Made by a program: the position numbers and the translations under genes
Source: Centroscyllium fabricii
Lineage: Eukaryota
Direction of reading: 5' to 3'
Assembly (NCBI GenBank): GCA_051313645.2
Contig: JBNRSN020000005.1
Coordinates: 82,336,001-82,400,000, forward strand
DNA length: 64,000 nt
In this document: positions 1 to 11,012 of the stretch, piece after piece
Layout of the letters: each line of letters begins with the position of its first letter
Position numbering within the stretch: position 1 is the stretch's first letter
Notes under the pieces: generated by a model
Told to the model about the DNA's origin: nothing
The model's input: only the letters and a program-made list of their open reading frames with translations
Databases searched by the model: none

Positions 1-41
1 TTGCCCACTCACTTAACCTATATCCCTTTGCAGGCTCTTTA
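1..41 (-). mobile_element. CR1-type LINE fragment (left part, interrupted by a MITE)
   Basis: The sequence reads continuously with 1350-1590 once the 42-1349 insert and one TTA are removed. Confidence 0.65.
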
Positions 42-1349
42 GGCACGATGTTGCTAGCCCTGGGGAGGCGGGCATGGAGTCGGGACTGCCGCGAAAATGG
101 CAGAATCTGGGGGCGGGTACCCATCCCACACCCAAACCATCTCCATGCCATCTTCCCAGGAGGTGGGTCGCCAACCTATGCTGGGTCCCGTCTCCTGGAG
201 GCAGGAAGGGAATTACAGCCACTTAACTGTCTATTAAAAGGTAGTTAACAGGCAGTTAAGAGGATTATCCCCATTTTTCCAGCTGAGGCGCAGGCTTCCC
301 GACATCAGGAAACCCCGCCAGGGCCACCAAGGTGAGCAGTGGGTCTGCCAGAGTCGATGGGGTGCAAAAGTGTGCTGTGGAGGTAAGTGATGGGTGCAAA
401 TGTGGAAAGGTAAGTATGTGTGGTGAGTGTGAAATGATAGAAAATGTTTACTTACCTTTGTTTCTTCCTGCAGGCTAAAACCATTGGGGATGCGGAAAGT
501 CTCGCATCTCAATGGCAGAGATGACAGATGGCTGCTGCATTCTCCGATGCAACAACCATCTAATTTCTGCTCACAAAAGAGGTTTGATGAGTTTTGAATA
601 CAAGGACTCATCTAACAACATGGAATGTCAGTGTTTGACAGCTTCACAGAGCTGTTAAACGATGACCATTCATCCGTCAAAGTGGGAGGCGGTGGCGTAG
701 TGGTTATGTCACTAGACTAGTAAGCCAGAGGCTCAGTCAAATGCTCTGAGGATATGGGTTCAAATCCCACCACGGCAGCTGGTGGAATTTAAATTCAATT
801 CAACTTAATTCTGGAATTAAATGTTAGTCTTAGTGATGGCGACCATGATACCATTGTCAATTGTTGCAAAAACCCATCTGGTTCACTAATGTCCTTTTAG
901 GGAAGGAAATCTGCCGTCCTTACCTGGTCTGGCCTACCATGTGACTCCAGACCTACAGCAATGTGGTTGACTCTTAATGCCCTCTGAAATGGCCGAGCAA
1001 GCCACTCAGTTGTAAACAACCGCTACGATAAACAATAAGACTGCAGCGGTTCAAGAAGGTGGCTCACCACCAACTTCTCAAGGGCAATTAGGGATGGGCA
1101 CTAAATGCAGGCCTAGCCAGCCAGCGACGCCCGCATCCCATCAATGAATTTTAAAAAAAAAACAATTTTTGACAGATACGACGTCATACGCTGACGTTTT
1201 CTGTAACCAGCTTCCCCTTAATTGGCCTGCTGAGCCCGCTGGTCAGTCGAGGGAAAATAGCTTGGGTTGGTCAGGTTAATGGAGGTGGGACTAAAACCCG
1301 ACAAGCAGCAGTTCTGCCTCCAATGCATCCCCATTGACAAAAGTACCCC
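42..1349. mobile_element. Family-B non-autonomous DNA transposon (PIF/Harbinger-like MITE) containing a nested SINE
   Basis: Homologous to 27378-28186, 29876-30690 and 40302-41624. Degenerate TIRs, with TTA on both flanks (39-41 and 1350-1352), the typical PIF/Harbinger TSD. Confidence 0.7.
684..1162 (+). mobile_element. tRNA-derived SINE (family S) with LINE-derived tail
   Basis: A box TGGCGTAGTGG, B box GGTTCAAATCC, A-rich end. Further copies at 41076-41562 and 61663-62070. The tail matches the 3' end of the LINE at 31671. Confidence 0.85.
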
Positions 1350-1590
1350 TTAGTGTCCTCCTCACAACTTGCTAACCCACCTATCTTTGTATCATCAGCA
1401 AATTTGGCTACAGTAGACTCAGTCCATTCATCCAAGTCATTAATATAGATTGTAAATAGTTGAGGCCCCAGCACTGATCCCTGTGGCACCCCACTAGTTA
1501 CTGATTGCCAACCTGAAAATGACCCATTTATCCCGACTCTTTTTTTGTTAGTTAGCCAATCCCCTATCCATGCCAATATATTGCTCCCCA
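1350..1590 (-). mobile_element. CR1-type LINE reverse-transcriptase fragment
   Basis: ORF 1271..1591 (-) contains SGVPQGSVLGPQLFTIYINDLD...KFADDTK, the CR1 RT motifs. Confidence 0.92.
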
Positions 1591-2751
1591 CTGAATTTTG
1601 CGGGAGGCGTTAGCAACACCGCACCTGGGCGCTAATTGCTTTGCGCCTCAGTAGCGCCCCTAACAGGAGGCGCAAAGCTATGGAATTTTTCCCCCTTTAT
1701 ATTTAAAAGTAAACTTTAGAGAAAATATTCTGTTAAATCCAATTGGCGAGCTATAATTAACTGATAAACTCAGAAATAATTGAATGGCCCATTTTACTTT
1801 AAGCCAAAATTTGGACTGACGTGACATTTTGATATTTGACCCTTCAGGTTAAACATTAATGACAAATGAAGGAATGTTTGGCTCCTGGTATGTTACGAGT
1901 TCATTGTGCACCTTTTAAACCTGTTTCATCTTTTTTGACCAAGCCCAAATCTCTACTGACAATACAAATATTGACAGCAGTTTGGAAGGCTATTGACTGT
2001 TGGCCCAAAGGTTACAGGAAGTGCCAAGATAGTTATAATGTCTCGTGCCAAAGAGTGAGGGCATTACTACACACTTGAGGTCATTTCCATAAACCAAGGA
2101 GAATAGTTTACCAACTGCAGCCAACAATTTGCAGTCAATGTAATTTTATTGTGCCCGAGAGATAAATTTATTTTCTAAATGAGAAACGTTTTCACTTGCT
2201 GTAGATAGGCCCTAGGCAGCAGTTTGCAATATCAGTAGGCAATAGTCTCTGTTTTGCAGTTGGATGTCATGGGGTAGAAATTAGTCTGGGCCTGTTTTCG
2301 TGCCCAGACGTGGTGCTGTGGATCCAGTGTGTCCCGAACAGAGAGACCCGAGGATTGAAAGAAATTAGTCCTCCAGCCTCATCTGTACACTCGGGGCGAG
2401 CTGCCAATTGAACTACTACAGACAAATCACCCCAGCAGCAGCCCCCAGGTAAATCCCTGGAGGGGAGTTGAAGCAAGCTATGGGTGGGATGGGGAGGTTG
2501 CTCCTCCTGGCTCCATAGGAAGGTGAAAAACAAATTTCAAAAACTTACCTTTAGTTGGTGGCCACGGGGGGCTGCTGAAGGATTCTGAGAGGGGCAGGCA
2601 TTAGACTCATGAGGTAACCAAATTGTCAAAGGGGTCCATTAATATGTGTTAACACAATGCCTGTGTTAGGCTTTGCCCGGAATCCCTAAAATTTGGGCTC
2701 CATGAGTTTGGCAGCGGAACCAACACCTGCATAGATTGGGCACAGGCTAAA

Positions 2752-3344
2752 TTAGTATACTGTATTCACTGCTCAAGACGCGGTCTCCTCTACATCAGGG
2801 AGACCAAACACAGATTGGGTGACTGCTTTGCAGAACACATCCGTTCAGTCTGTAAGGGGGACCCCGAGCTCCCGGTGGCCTGTCACTTTAATTCTCCACT
2901 CCACTCCCATTCAGACCTCACTGTCTGTGGCCTCTTGCATTGTTCCACGGAAGCTCAGCGTAAACTCGAGGAACAACACACCATCTTTTGCTTAGGCACT
3001 CGACAGCCCTCTGGACTAAACATAGAATTCAACAATTTCAGATCATAACCTCGGCTCCTATCACATATTTACATATATATATATATTTTTTAATCCACAC
3101 TTTCGTCTGGGCTTTTTTCTTCTCTCTGCCAGAGCCATTCACACTTCATCCAGAGCCATCCTGTGTTCCTTGAATTTCTCTTAATGTCTCGTAATCTCTC
3201 CTGCTTTCTTTCCTGTCGCTGACCTTCCCTTTTGTTCTTTCACCCCCTCCTCATTTCCCCAGCCCCTACTTGCTTTAAAATCTATCCCCTCTCCTGTTTT
3301 TTTCCAGTTCTGACAAAAGGTCTTTGACCTGAAACATTAACTCT
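2752..3344 (+). mobile_element. Penelope-like element 3' fragment (GIY-YIG endonuclease and 3' UTR)
   Basis: Translation LVYCIHCSRRGLLYIRETKHRLGDCFAEHIRSV...PVACHFNS...EQHTIFCLGTRQPSGLN matches the PLE GIY-YIG domain. A degenerate hammerhead-like motif follows at 3306-3342. Confidence 0.88.
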
Positions 3345-4111
3345 GGGGGGGATTTTGCCTGAAGTGCGGGAACCTGGCGGGGATTGGTTCCTGTCCTGCC
3401 CGCCCAAAGACCTGGGAACCCTACGCAATTTTCATTTACTTGAGTAATTAAATCCCCGCATGCGGCAGCCGGTGGTAATTGACTCAATTGAGTCAGAGCT
3501 CCAGCCGGCTGCTCGCAGCTTGATTGACAGTTCCAGCTCTGGTTGTTGACAGTTCCCATGGAAACACTCCACTGTGACATCACAGTCGAGTGGAACCAAT
3601 GGGAAAGGTCAAGTGCTGGTGACTGTCAGGTGGGCGGGCGGGCTCCGAATCCTTGACAGCTCGGCACCGGCTGTCAGGAAATGTGCAAAGCTGAGATTTC
3701 TCAGTTTTTGCCCACAGCTAGTGTACCCACCATGGAGTGACTTACTCCTCCAAGGTGCTGAAGGCATGCCAAGCATTTTGCAGCATGTCCTTCAGCACCT
3801 TGAAGGAGAAAGTAATGAACAGCGGGGTTTTAGGCTGGCGGGGTTAGGGTGGGAATGGGATGAAAAATAGGAAGGGCCCTTAAAATGGCATTAAACATGC
3901 CAATTAAGGGCCCTTAACAAGGTGACAACCCATCCCCGCTGGCCGCCGGCGGAAAGGTTTCGGGGCAGGGGGACAGGGTGGGGGAAAATGTCAAAGCGGC
4001 GGGGATCCGGCTTGGTGAGGGGGGGGGGGTCGCGACCCGCCGGTTCCATGATTTTGACGGCCGACCCACCGAAAAGCCTGCCTCACGGGGAGCTGAAAAT
4101 CACCCCCCCCC
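3345..4111. mobile_element. Family-A MITE (poly-G/poly-C TIR, 3-bp TSD; Harbinger-like), inserted in the Penelope 3' UTR
   Basis: Ends GGGGGGGATTTT...AAAATCACCCCCC, with TCT on both flanks (3342-3344 and 4112-4114). Three more copies in the window. Confidence 0.85.
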
Positions 4112-4206
4112 TCTGTTTCTCTCTCCACCGATGCTGCCTGGTGTGCTGAGTTTTTCCAGCATTTTCTGTTGTTATTTCGGATTTCCAGGATCCGCAGTAT
4201 TTTGCT
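4112..4206 (+). mobile_element. Continuation of the Penelope-like 3' terminal repeat
   Basis: tctgtttctctctccaccgatgctgcctgg...tccagcattttctg resumes the sequence interrupted at 3344. Related to the arms at 26040-26235. Confidence 0.65.
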
Positions 4207-5328
4207 ATCATATTAGTATGCTTTTCACCTGTTTTACGCCCCAATACCAAACAACCCATACCTGTTTCTACCCCCATGAATCCTCCTCCATTGGTCTTGT
4301 TTAAGGCGTTAGTCCTTGGTCATAAACTACTAAGTATTACACATCTGCATAAATGGATTATGTGTGCATTCTAATTGTTTTATGCCTATTATTAAGATGA
4401 GTCATACCAGTTCGGATACTGAAACACATTTTATTTTTCACACGTTTGAGCATTCCTAGTGCAAGTACCCAATGCAGAGTGACGGTCCCTTTACTTTGCT
4501 ATAAACAACATGCCTTAACCCCAATTTCAGCAAATTTTCTCTTAATCGACCAGTGTGAATTTTCCTTTTCACTGCCAGTCATGCCTGACATCTCTGACAT
4601 CTCTCAGTGAAACTGATAATAGCGGCGATTTGTGCTGAATTATGAGCCATTTTGGACTGTTGACTTGGGGCCACCAGGAAATGGGTTGAAACAGTCCAGA
4701 GGCCTTTTACGTACGAGTCTTTCATCCCTTTAAATCTAGGTTTCAAAGGGCATCATACTACCCAATCTCCTCGAATGTACCTGTGCTTGCATATGTGCCA
4801 TTTAAAATCCAGTGTACAAGTTGCATCACTACTAAGTGCATTGTATAAGTCACGTTGATCTATAAATGACTGCCTTATACTCAAAAGTCTCAAACATATG
4901 CTTGAGAGAGATATGTCCGGGTTATGTACATGTGTATGTAATATATTATAAAATTACTCAGCAGATTTTCAGATGTTCACAATTACAACTCTGATGTGCT
5001 GAAAGTTGAAATCGTGCTGTGTATCTCCATACCTCATTTCAAGCATAATTTAGATTTTCTTGCTTCAAGAAAGTAAATACAGTCGAGAAATGGTCAACTC
5101 TATTATTGGTAGTATTCAATTTCAATTTAAAAAACTTTATTGGCATGACAGGATACATCCCTATGTTGCCAAAGTATAAAGCATAACATACATAGTTAAA
5201 ATGCATAGATACAGATACAGATACAGGTATACTGCCTAGTAGCAGCCTTACATAGATTTGTATGACAGACAACTGAGTCCTTTGAACATGTAATAATGGG
5301 TACAAGGCCATACAGTAGTACAGCTATA

Positions 5329-5627
5329 CAGTCCCTTACCCGCAATTCCGAAATTCGAAAAGCTCTGAAAACCAAAAGTTTTTTCGTGGAGCGTCACTCG
5401 TGTGCACGACATGACCCGAGTTGCGGCAAACATGACCCACGCAGGTGTGAGGCGTCAATTGTGTCTCAACGCTGCTACCAGTCACACGTGCTTCTGCTGC
5501 TCTGATATTTTTTGTGATTTTTGAGTTTAATTTCACTGTGAAAATATCAAAAATCCGAAATCTGAAAAATTTCGAATCCCGAAACACATCTGGCCCCAAG
5601 GGTTTCGGATAAGGGGTTGTGGACCTG
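5329..5627. mobile_element. Tigger/pogo-like (Tc1-mariner) MITE
   Basis: TA|CAG...CTG|TA ends, imperfect TIR (cccttacccgcaa / ttcggataagggg), internal tccgaaa repeats as in MER46-type elements. Confidence 0.7.
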
Positions 5628-8600
5628 TAATAGTATGAAGTAAGCAGCCATTTGAAACCATTTAAAATGTCAGTGACTACATTAATGCTCCTAAAAATTG
5701 ATTTTTACTTCGTACCAGGTGACTTAATAAAACTTTCTTTTATGCTTTCTTTATCACCGCCTCACATTACAAGATTGCCATTTAATACGTCCAAAAAAGT
5801 TGAGAAGGTTCATTGATTTCTTCAAAAAATATACATGAGCTGATCCAAGTCACTATTTTCCTCTGCATTCCTTCCTTCCATTATTGGGTGTCTCATCCTG
5901 CACCACAACCACCTTAACTGACAGCTCGCATTCTATCTGCTGCTGCATATCCTCGCCAACTCCCAGCTGACTGTGTAACTCTTCTACCTCAAACCAATGA
6001 TCAACGTTAAAAATAACAAATCGACTACTCTTATAACTTTAAAGCAGCAGATGCATAATATGTGTGAAATATTGAATCCAAGTGTTCTTTGAAAATACTT
6101 TTTATTAAGATTGAATTTATTTTTACATTGGTGAAACAAGAATATAAATTTAACAAAACAAAGGGAAAATCAATCATGAAGTGTGAAACACTTTAAAAAG
6201 ACAAGCACGGTCTACATAATAGTCTTAACATATATATTCTGTATAAAAATTTAAACTATAAATATAAAATGGCTTTCAATCCATCTCCCAACTATTGATG
6301 TAACTTAGCCACTTTGTGATCAATGATGGCACATTTTTATACATCTCGGCGGCTTCCTCAGCACTAAATCTTTGTTCTGAGCATTTTATTTCTCCTCCTT
6401 CCAAAGTCTAATCGTCCTGGCGAGTACTATTTATATGCGCTAATGTCAGAAGGTGATTCTTTTCAAAATTCTGATATGACTGCAGTATTTGTGTGTAATT
6501 TTGAGAGAATTAAGTCAATCAAATTCTCAACATATTTACGTCTGTTGTGACATGTTTGAAAGTGTGCGTTGGTAAAACACTGCGTAAACACTTCAAATTA
6601 TGTAAAATAAAAAACATATGTCGGTGGGACAGAGAATGTTCCTCATCAATTATTTCTTGAATAGACCATTTGAATTATGTCATTTTTTTGGAACATGTAA
6701 AGCCACTACCACAGAGTGTAGAGCAGAATTCAGCTTAACGCAAAGGGATCCATGTTATTTTGGAATAATCATTTGGCATTCTTAACTAATCTTGTACTTT
6801 CTCTATTTTTCTTTATATCCAGTAAATAGAAATTTTATTGGATAGTAAATGTGTTGTGATATTGTTTATTCTACAGTATATGTATTTTCAATCTGAATTA
6901 TAAATATATTTTGAGACTGAAAGTGCAACATAGGATGAATAAATCATCATAAAGTGCTTCCATAAATCTGGCAGTTCCAAACTGGCAGGATAAAGCAACC
7001 CTTTATTGTGGAAAGATAGTGAAGCGTTATCGTAATTAACCCATTACTGCTACTCCTTTTGAATGTTTCATCCTTAGCGTCTGTTAGCATGCCTAGTTGG
7101 TATTTATACAATGTACCATAATGGATTCATAACTAGTATTGTAGCTATTGTATTACACACTATTTGTTAATAACATGTTAAGTGGAATATGACATAATTT
7201 TCAGTTTGATTTATAAAATAAATGTTAACAGAATAAGACTGGTTCACTGTTAACAATGTAAAAAATAAGTTGTCAAAAAAGAAGGTTGCAGAAATGTTGC
7301 CAAACAGATGCGAAGGGATTAAAGGATTAACTCCAGGGTCAGGGCTATTCACTTGCTAACATATTCATGGCGCTAACGATAGGGCAGTTCACACCTACAG
7401 TCGACCAGAAGCGAAGAAGGGTTTAGTGTGTTTGTGTCTTGAGGTTTTAAGTCACAACTAGTATCTACTGACATTTGATGAGACTCTGCTATAACGAAAA
7501 AAGAATAAATAATTTCAAAATACTGTCCTTAGCAAGTGGTTTGACATTCTGAAATTATGTACTAATCAGATTAAGACACATAATAGTAGGATGATGATTG
7601 GGTTTCAGTTTATTTCGAACATTTCTGAATTTCAAGTTAAAATGTGCACCATCATAGGTTTCAGCCCACAGTATTTAACAGTAAAGAGGAGACACTTAAT
7701 CCCAGTGGATGGCAGTATTCTGCTTTTGTATGAAATCACTGTAACTAAAGCCGTAGATTGATTTGGAACATCTTATCCCATTTGTTATGAGTATATTGCA
7801 ATTTTCTTTTCAATATATTAAAAGGAATATGGTTTTTGAATACTTGTCCTGTGCTTTTCTCAAGAACAGTGGTGTCCATTAATTGTCTCCAGTTGGGTGT
7901 ATTTAAAAATAGAAAATGTGAAGTTCCTCATAAAAATGATGACTACCGTAGGACATTTTGAATAATATTTCCAAAAGTGTGGAAGAGAAAATGGCACTTT
8001 AGGACTTCTTTTGGTACTTTAGTATCACATTGTAAATACAAATAAAAGACGGAACATAGAATCATCCCAAATCTAGTGTCATTTCAGGTTTCATTGATGC
8101 ACATCCAGCCAAGGTTATGGGTCAACAATGCTACAGATTCACCCATTACATTCTGACACTGCTGTCTTTTAATTTGTAGAACACTATAGACTCTTTTTGG
8201 AGGGTTGATACTTACAGCATGAGAACTCATGATTCTGAAAATGGAATCAATAGTATTTGGTAGCTAAGGTATAATTTTACCAGAACGTGCAGGTGATATC
8301 CTACCATAGCAGGGTGTTGGAGCTGTGATTGGCTAGTGGGCAGTGTACCTGCTCAAGCTTGATGGAGGCATGGGTTAAATCCATATAAAGTGGATCCTTT
8401 CCATCTTGTAGCTGTCTGAACTGAACTCCTCACAAGCTGAGTATAACCAGTTACTACTGCAACAACAGAGCAACAGTACGCACCTACTGTACATTTACAA
8501 CTTGCTGTCAAATGTATTCGGTATTTGCCGATGCTGCTTGTTCCATACAACCAGGAAGCTGTTTAATATCCTAACTAAAGATTGGGAGATAATTTTTAAG

Positions 8601-9898
8601 CAAATCCAATGTTTTGTGCTAAAAAGGAAATGCTTTTAAAAAGTGTGATCTGATGGGAAAGGAGAGAGTGAGATGGCAAGCTAATTATTTTTTTCAACCA
8701 AATAGTGAATATTCAAAGTTCATTTATCCTCCCCAGGGAACCTTGTTGCAGCTACAATTAAAGTCAGCATTTTTTTCACATTGTAAATATGTTAATTATT
8801 ACATTTACAAAGTAACAGAATTAGTTGTTCGTGTGCTGCTTGACAGAGCAGAGAAATAGAGGCAATGTTCCTATGAAGACTTTTATACCTTTATCAAATA
8901 ACTGGAATATCTATTTTTGTAAGCCATATCATCAAATGTAAAATGCAGACCCCTCTACAATTACTGGCTGTGACCAGGAGGACCGTGTTCATCCTGGCTC
9001 GCTGGGAGTTCTCCAAGGTAATTGAAATTCTACCTCCATAGAGTTCAGATGAGAAGTGATATGAAGATGTGGGAAAACCTGAGCTGAATTGATTTTTTTT
9101 CCCCTTAATGTTTGGACAAAGAAATAACTTAGCTAAGTGTAGCAGAGATGATAAGCGCATTCAGTCATGGTAGATTAAGAGGCCTGCATCAGTTAACACA
9201 GACTGTATTTTATTCTCTCTCTATGTGCTGCCATGTTTAGATTGGAGATTAATTGCAATAGAATTACAGTACGTCTGTTTGTTTTTTTAACAATTGCAAA
9301 TTACATTAAACAGCCGATGTGTTTTCTAATATGATTGTTCTTACCTGATAATTGGGATGGCGCCACATGAGGTTTTGATAAGAAATTCATAAACACTTCT
9401 TTATGAAGCCCTCATGACTTCATTTTGTGACTATCTAGGGTGACAAATTATTTGAAGAAAGCAGACCTCTACACAAAACACAATGCTCCATTTCTTTCAG
9501 CATTATGACTGTTTGTTTATTTTTCAAATATTTGCCCTGTGTTATCTGCCATATGATGAGGAATATAATGAAATGTTATACAGTGGCAGTGTTTCCTGGC
9601 TAATTTCTTTATTTGCTCTGCCTGTAGCCTGATGGCCGTACTTGAGCAGAAAGTATGAAATTGTTATCTGCTCGTGCAATTAGAGATCAGCCTCTTTCAT
9701 TCCAGTCCTATTTGAAGATTGATTTGATTTTCGTCCAATAACAAAAAAAAATAACAGAATACAGCTTGGTTTTGCGCAGATATCTGTAGCTGTGAAGTGT
9801 TAATTGCAATTTAGATAAGGATTAGAAGGACCATATCTCAGTAGACCACATTTATTTGCAAGTGCTGTACTGTAATGCATCATGATTTCTCGTGGTTT

Positions 9899-9957
9899 TG
9901 TGCGTGTGTGTGTGCGCGTGTGTGTGTGCATGCATGTGTCTGTGTGTGCGTGCGTGT
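9899..9957. repeat. (TG/CG)n alternating purine-pyrimidine microsatellite
   Basis: tgtgcgtgtgtgtgtgcgcgtgtgtgtgtgcatgcatgtgtctgtgtgtgcgtgcgtgt, read directly. Confidence 0.9.
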
Positions 9958-10286
9958 TGCTGTACGTGGTCCCTTGTGTAGCTGCTTTCAGATAATAGGG
10001 GTCAAACAAGCCCTCTCGCCAGCACCACTCCAGTTAAGGTTTCGGACAGTGGCATTACAGGCTCCATACAAAACCTCAAATATGCAGAATTTTCAGTTCC
10101 ATAGGCAACTCCAAGACTGCGGAGTTGGCCTGATTTAGAAGACACTCTCCTCCCCGCCTTCCCCCACACCACCTGCTCCGCCTCCCCACCGCCCACCCCA
10201 TCCTGCTCTGCAGATAACTAAACAGCCGAGAGTTTAATGGCAGTGTTATTAACTGCTTTCGTAAATTCAGCCAGATTCATATAACA

Positions 10287-11012
10287 TCTGTCTGAGGCTG
10301 AACCACACCGTTTGCAACCTTGGTGTCATAGTTGACTCTGAAATGAGCTTCTGACCACATATCCGCAGCATAACAAAGAACGCCTACTTCCACCTCCGTA
10401 ACATCGCTCGTCTCCACCCTTGCCTCAGCTCACCTGCTACTGAAACCCTCATCCATGCCTTTGTTACCTCTAGACTTGACTATTCCAACGCACTCCTGGC
10501 TGGCCTCCCACATTCCACCCTACGTAAACTTGAGGTCATCCAAACTTCGGCTGCCTGTGTCCTAACTTGCACCAAGTCCCATTCACCTATCACCCCTGTG
10601 CTCACTGATTTCAAAATTCTCATCCTTATTTTCAAATTCCTCCATGGCCTCGCCCCTTCCTATCTCTGTAATCTCCTTCAGCCCCACAAGCCCCCCAAGA
10701 TATCTGCGCTCCTCTAATTCTGCCCTCTTGAGCATCCCTGATTATAATCGCTCAACCATTGGTGGTTGTGCCTTCTGTTGCCTGGGCCCTAGGCTCTGGA
10801 ATTCCCTGCCTAAACTTCTCCGCCTCTCTACCTCTCTTTCCTCCTTTAAGACGCTCCTTAAAACCTACCTCTTTGACCAAGCTTTTGGTCACCTGCCCTA
10901 ATTTCTCCTTTTGTGGCTCAGTGTCAAATTTTTTGTCTTTTAATACTCCTGTAGCGCCTTGGGATATTTTACTACGTTAAAGGCATTATATAAATACAAG
11001 TTGTTGTTGTTG
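10287..11012 (+). mobile_element. L2-clade LINE 3' fragment
   Basis: Translates to NLGVIVDSEMSF*PHIRSITKNAYFHLRNIARL...LIHAFVTSRLDYSNALLAGLP and later LWNSLP...FKTLLKTYLF. Ends in (gtt)n. Confidence 0.9.
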
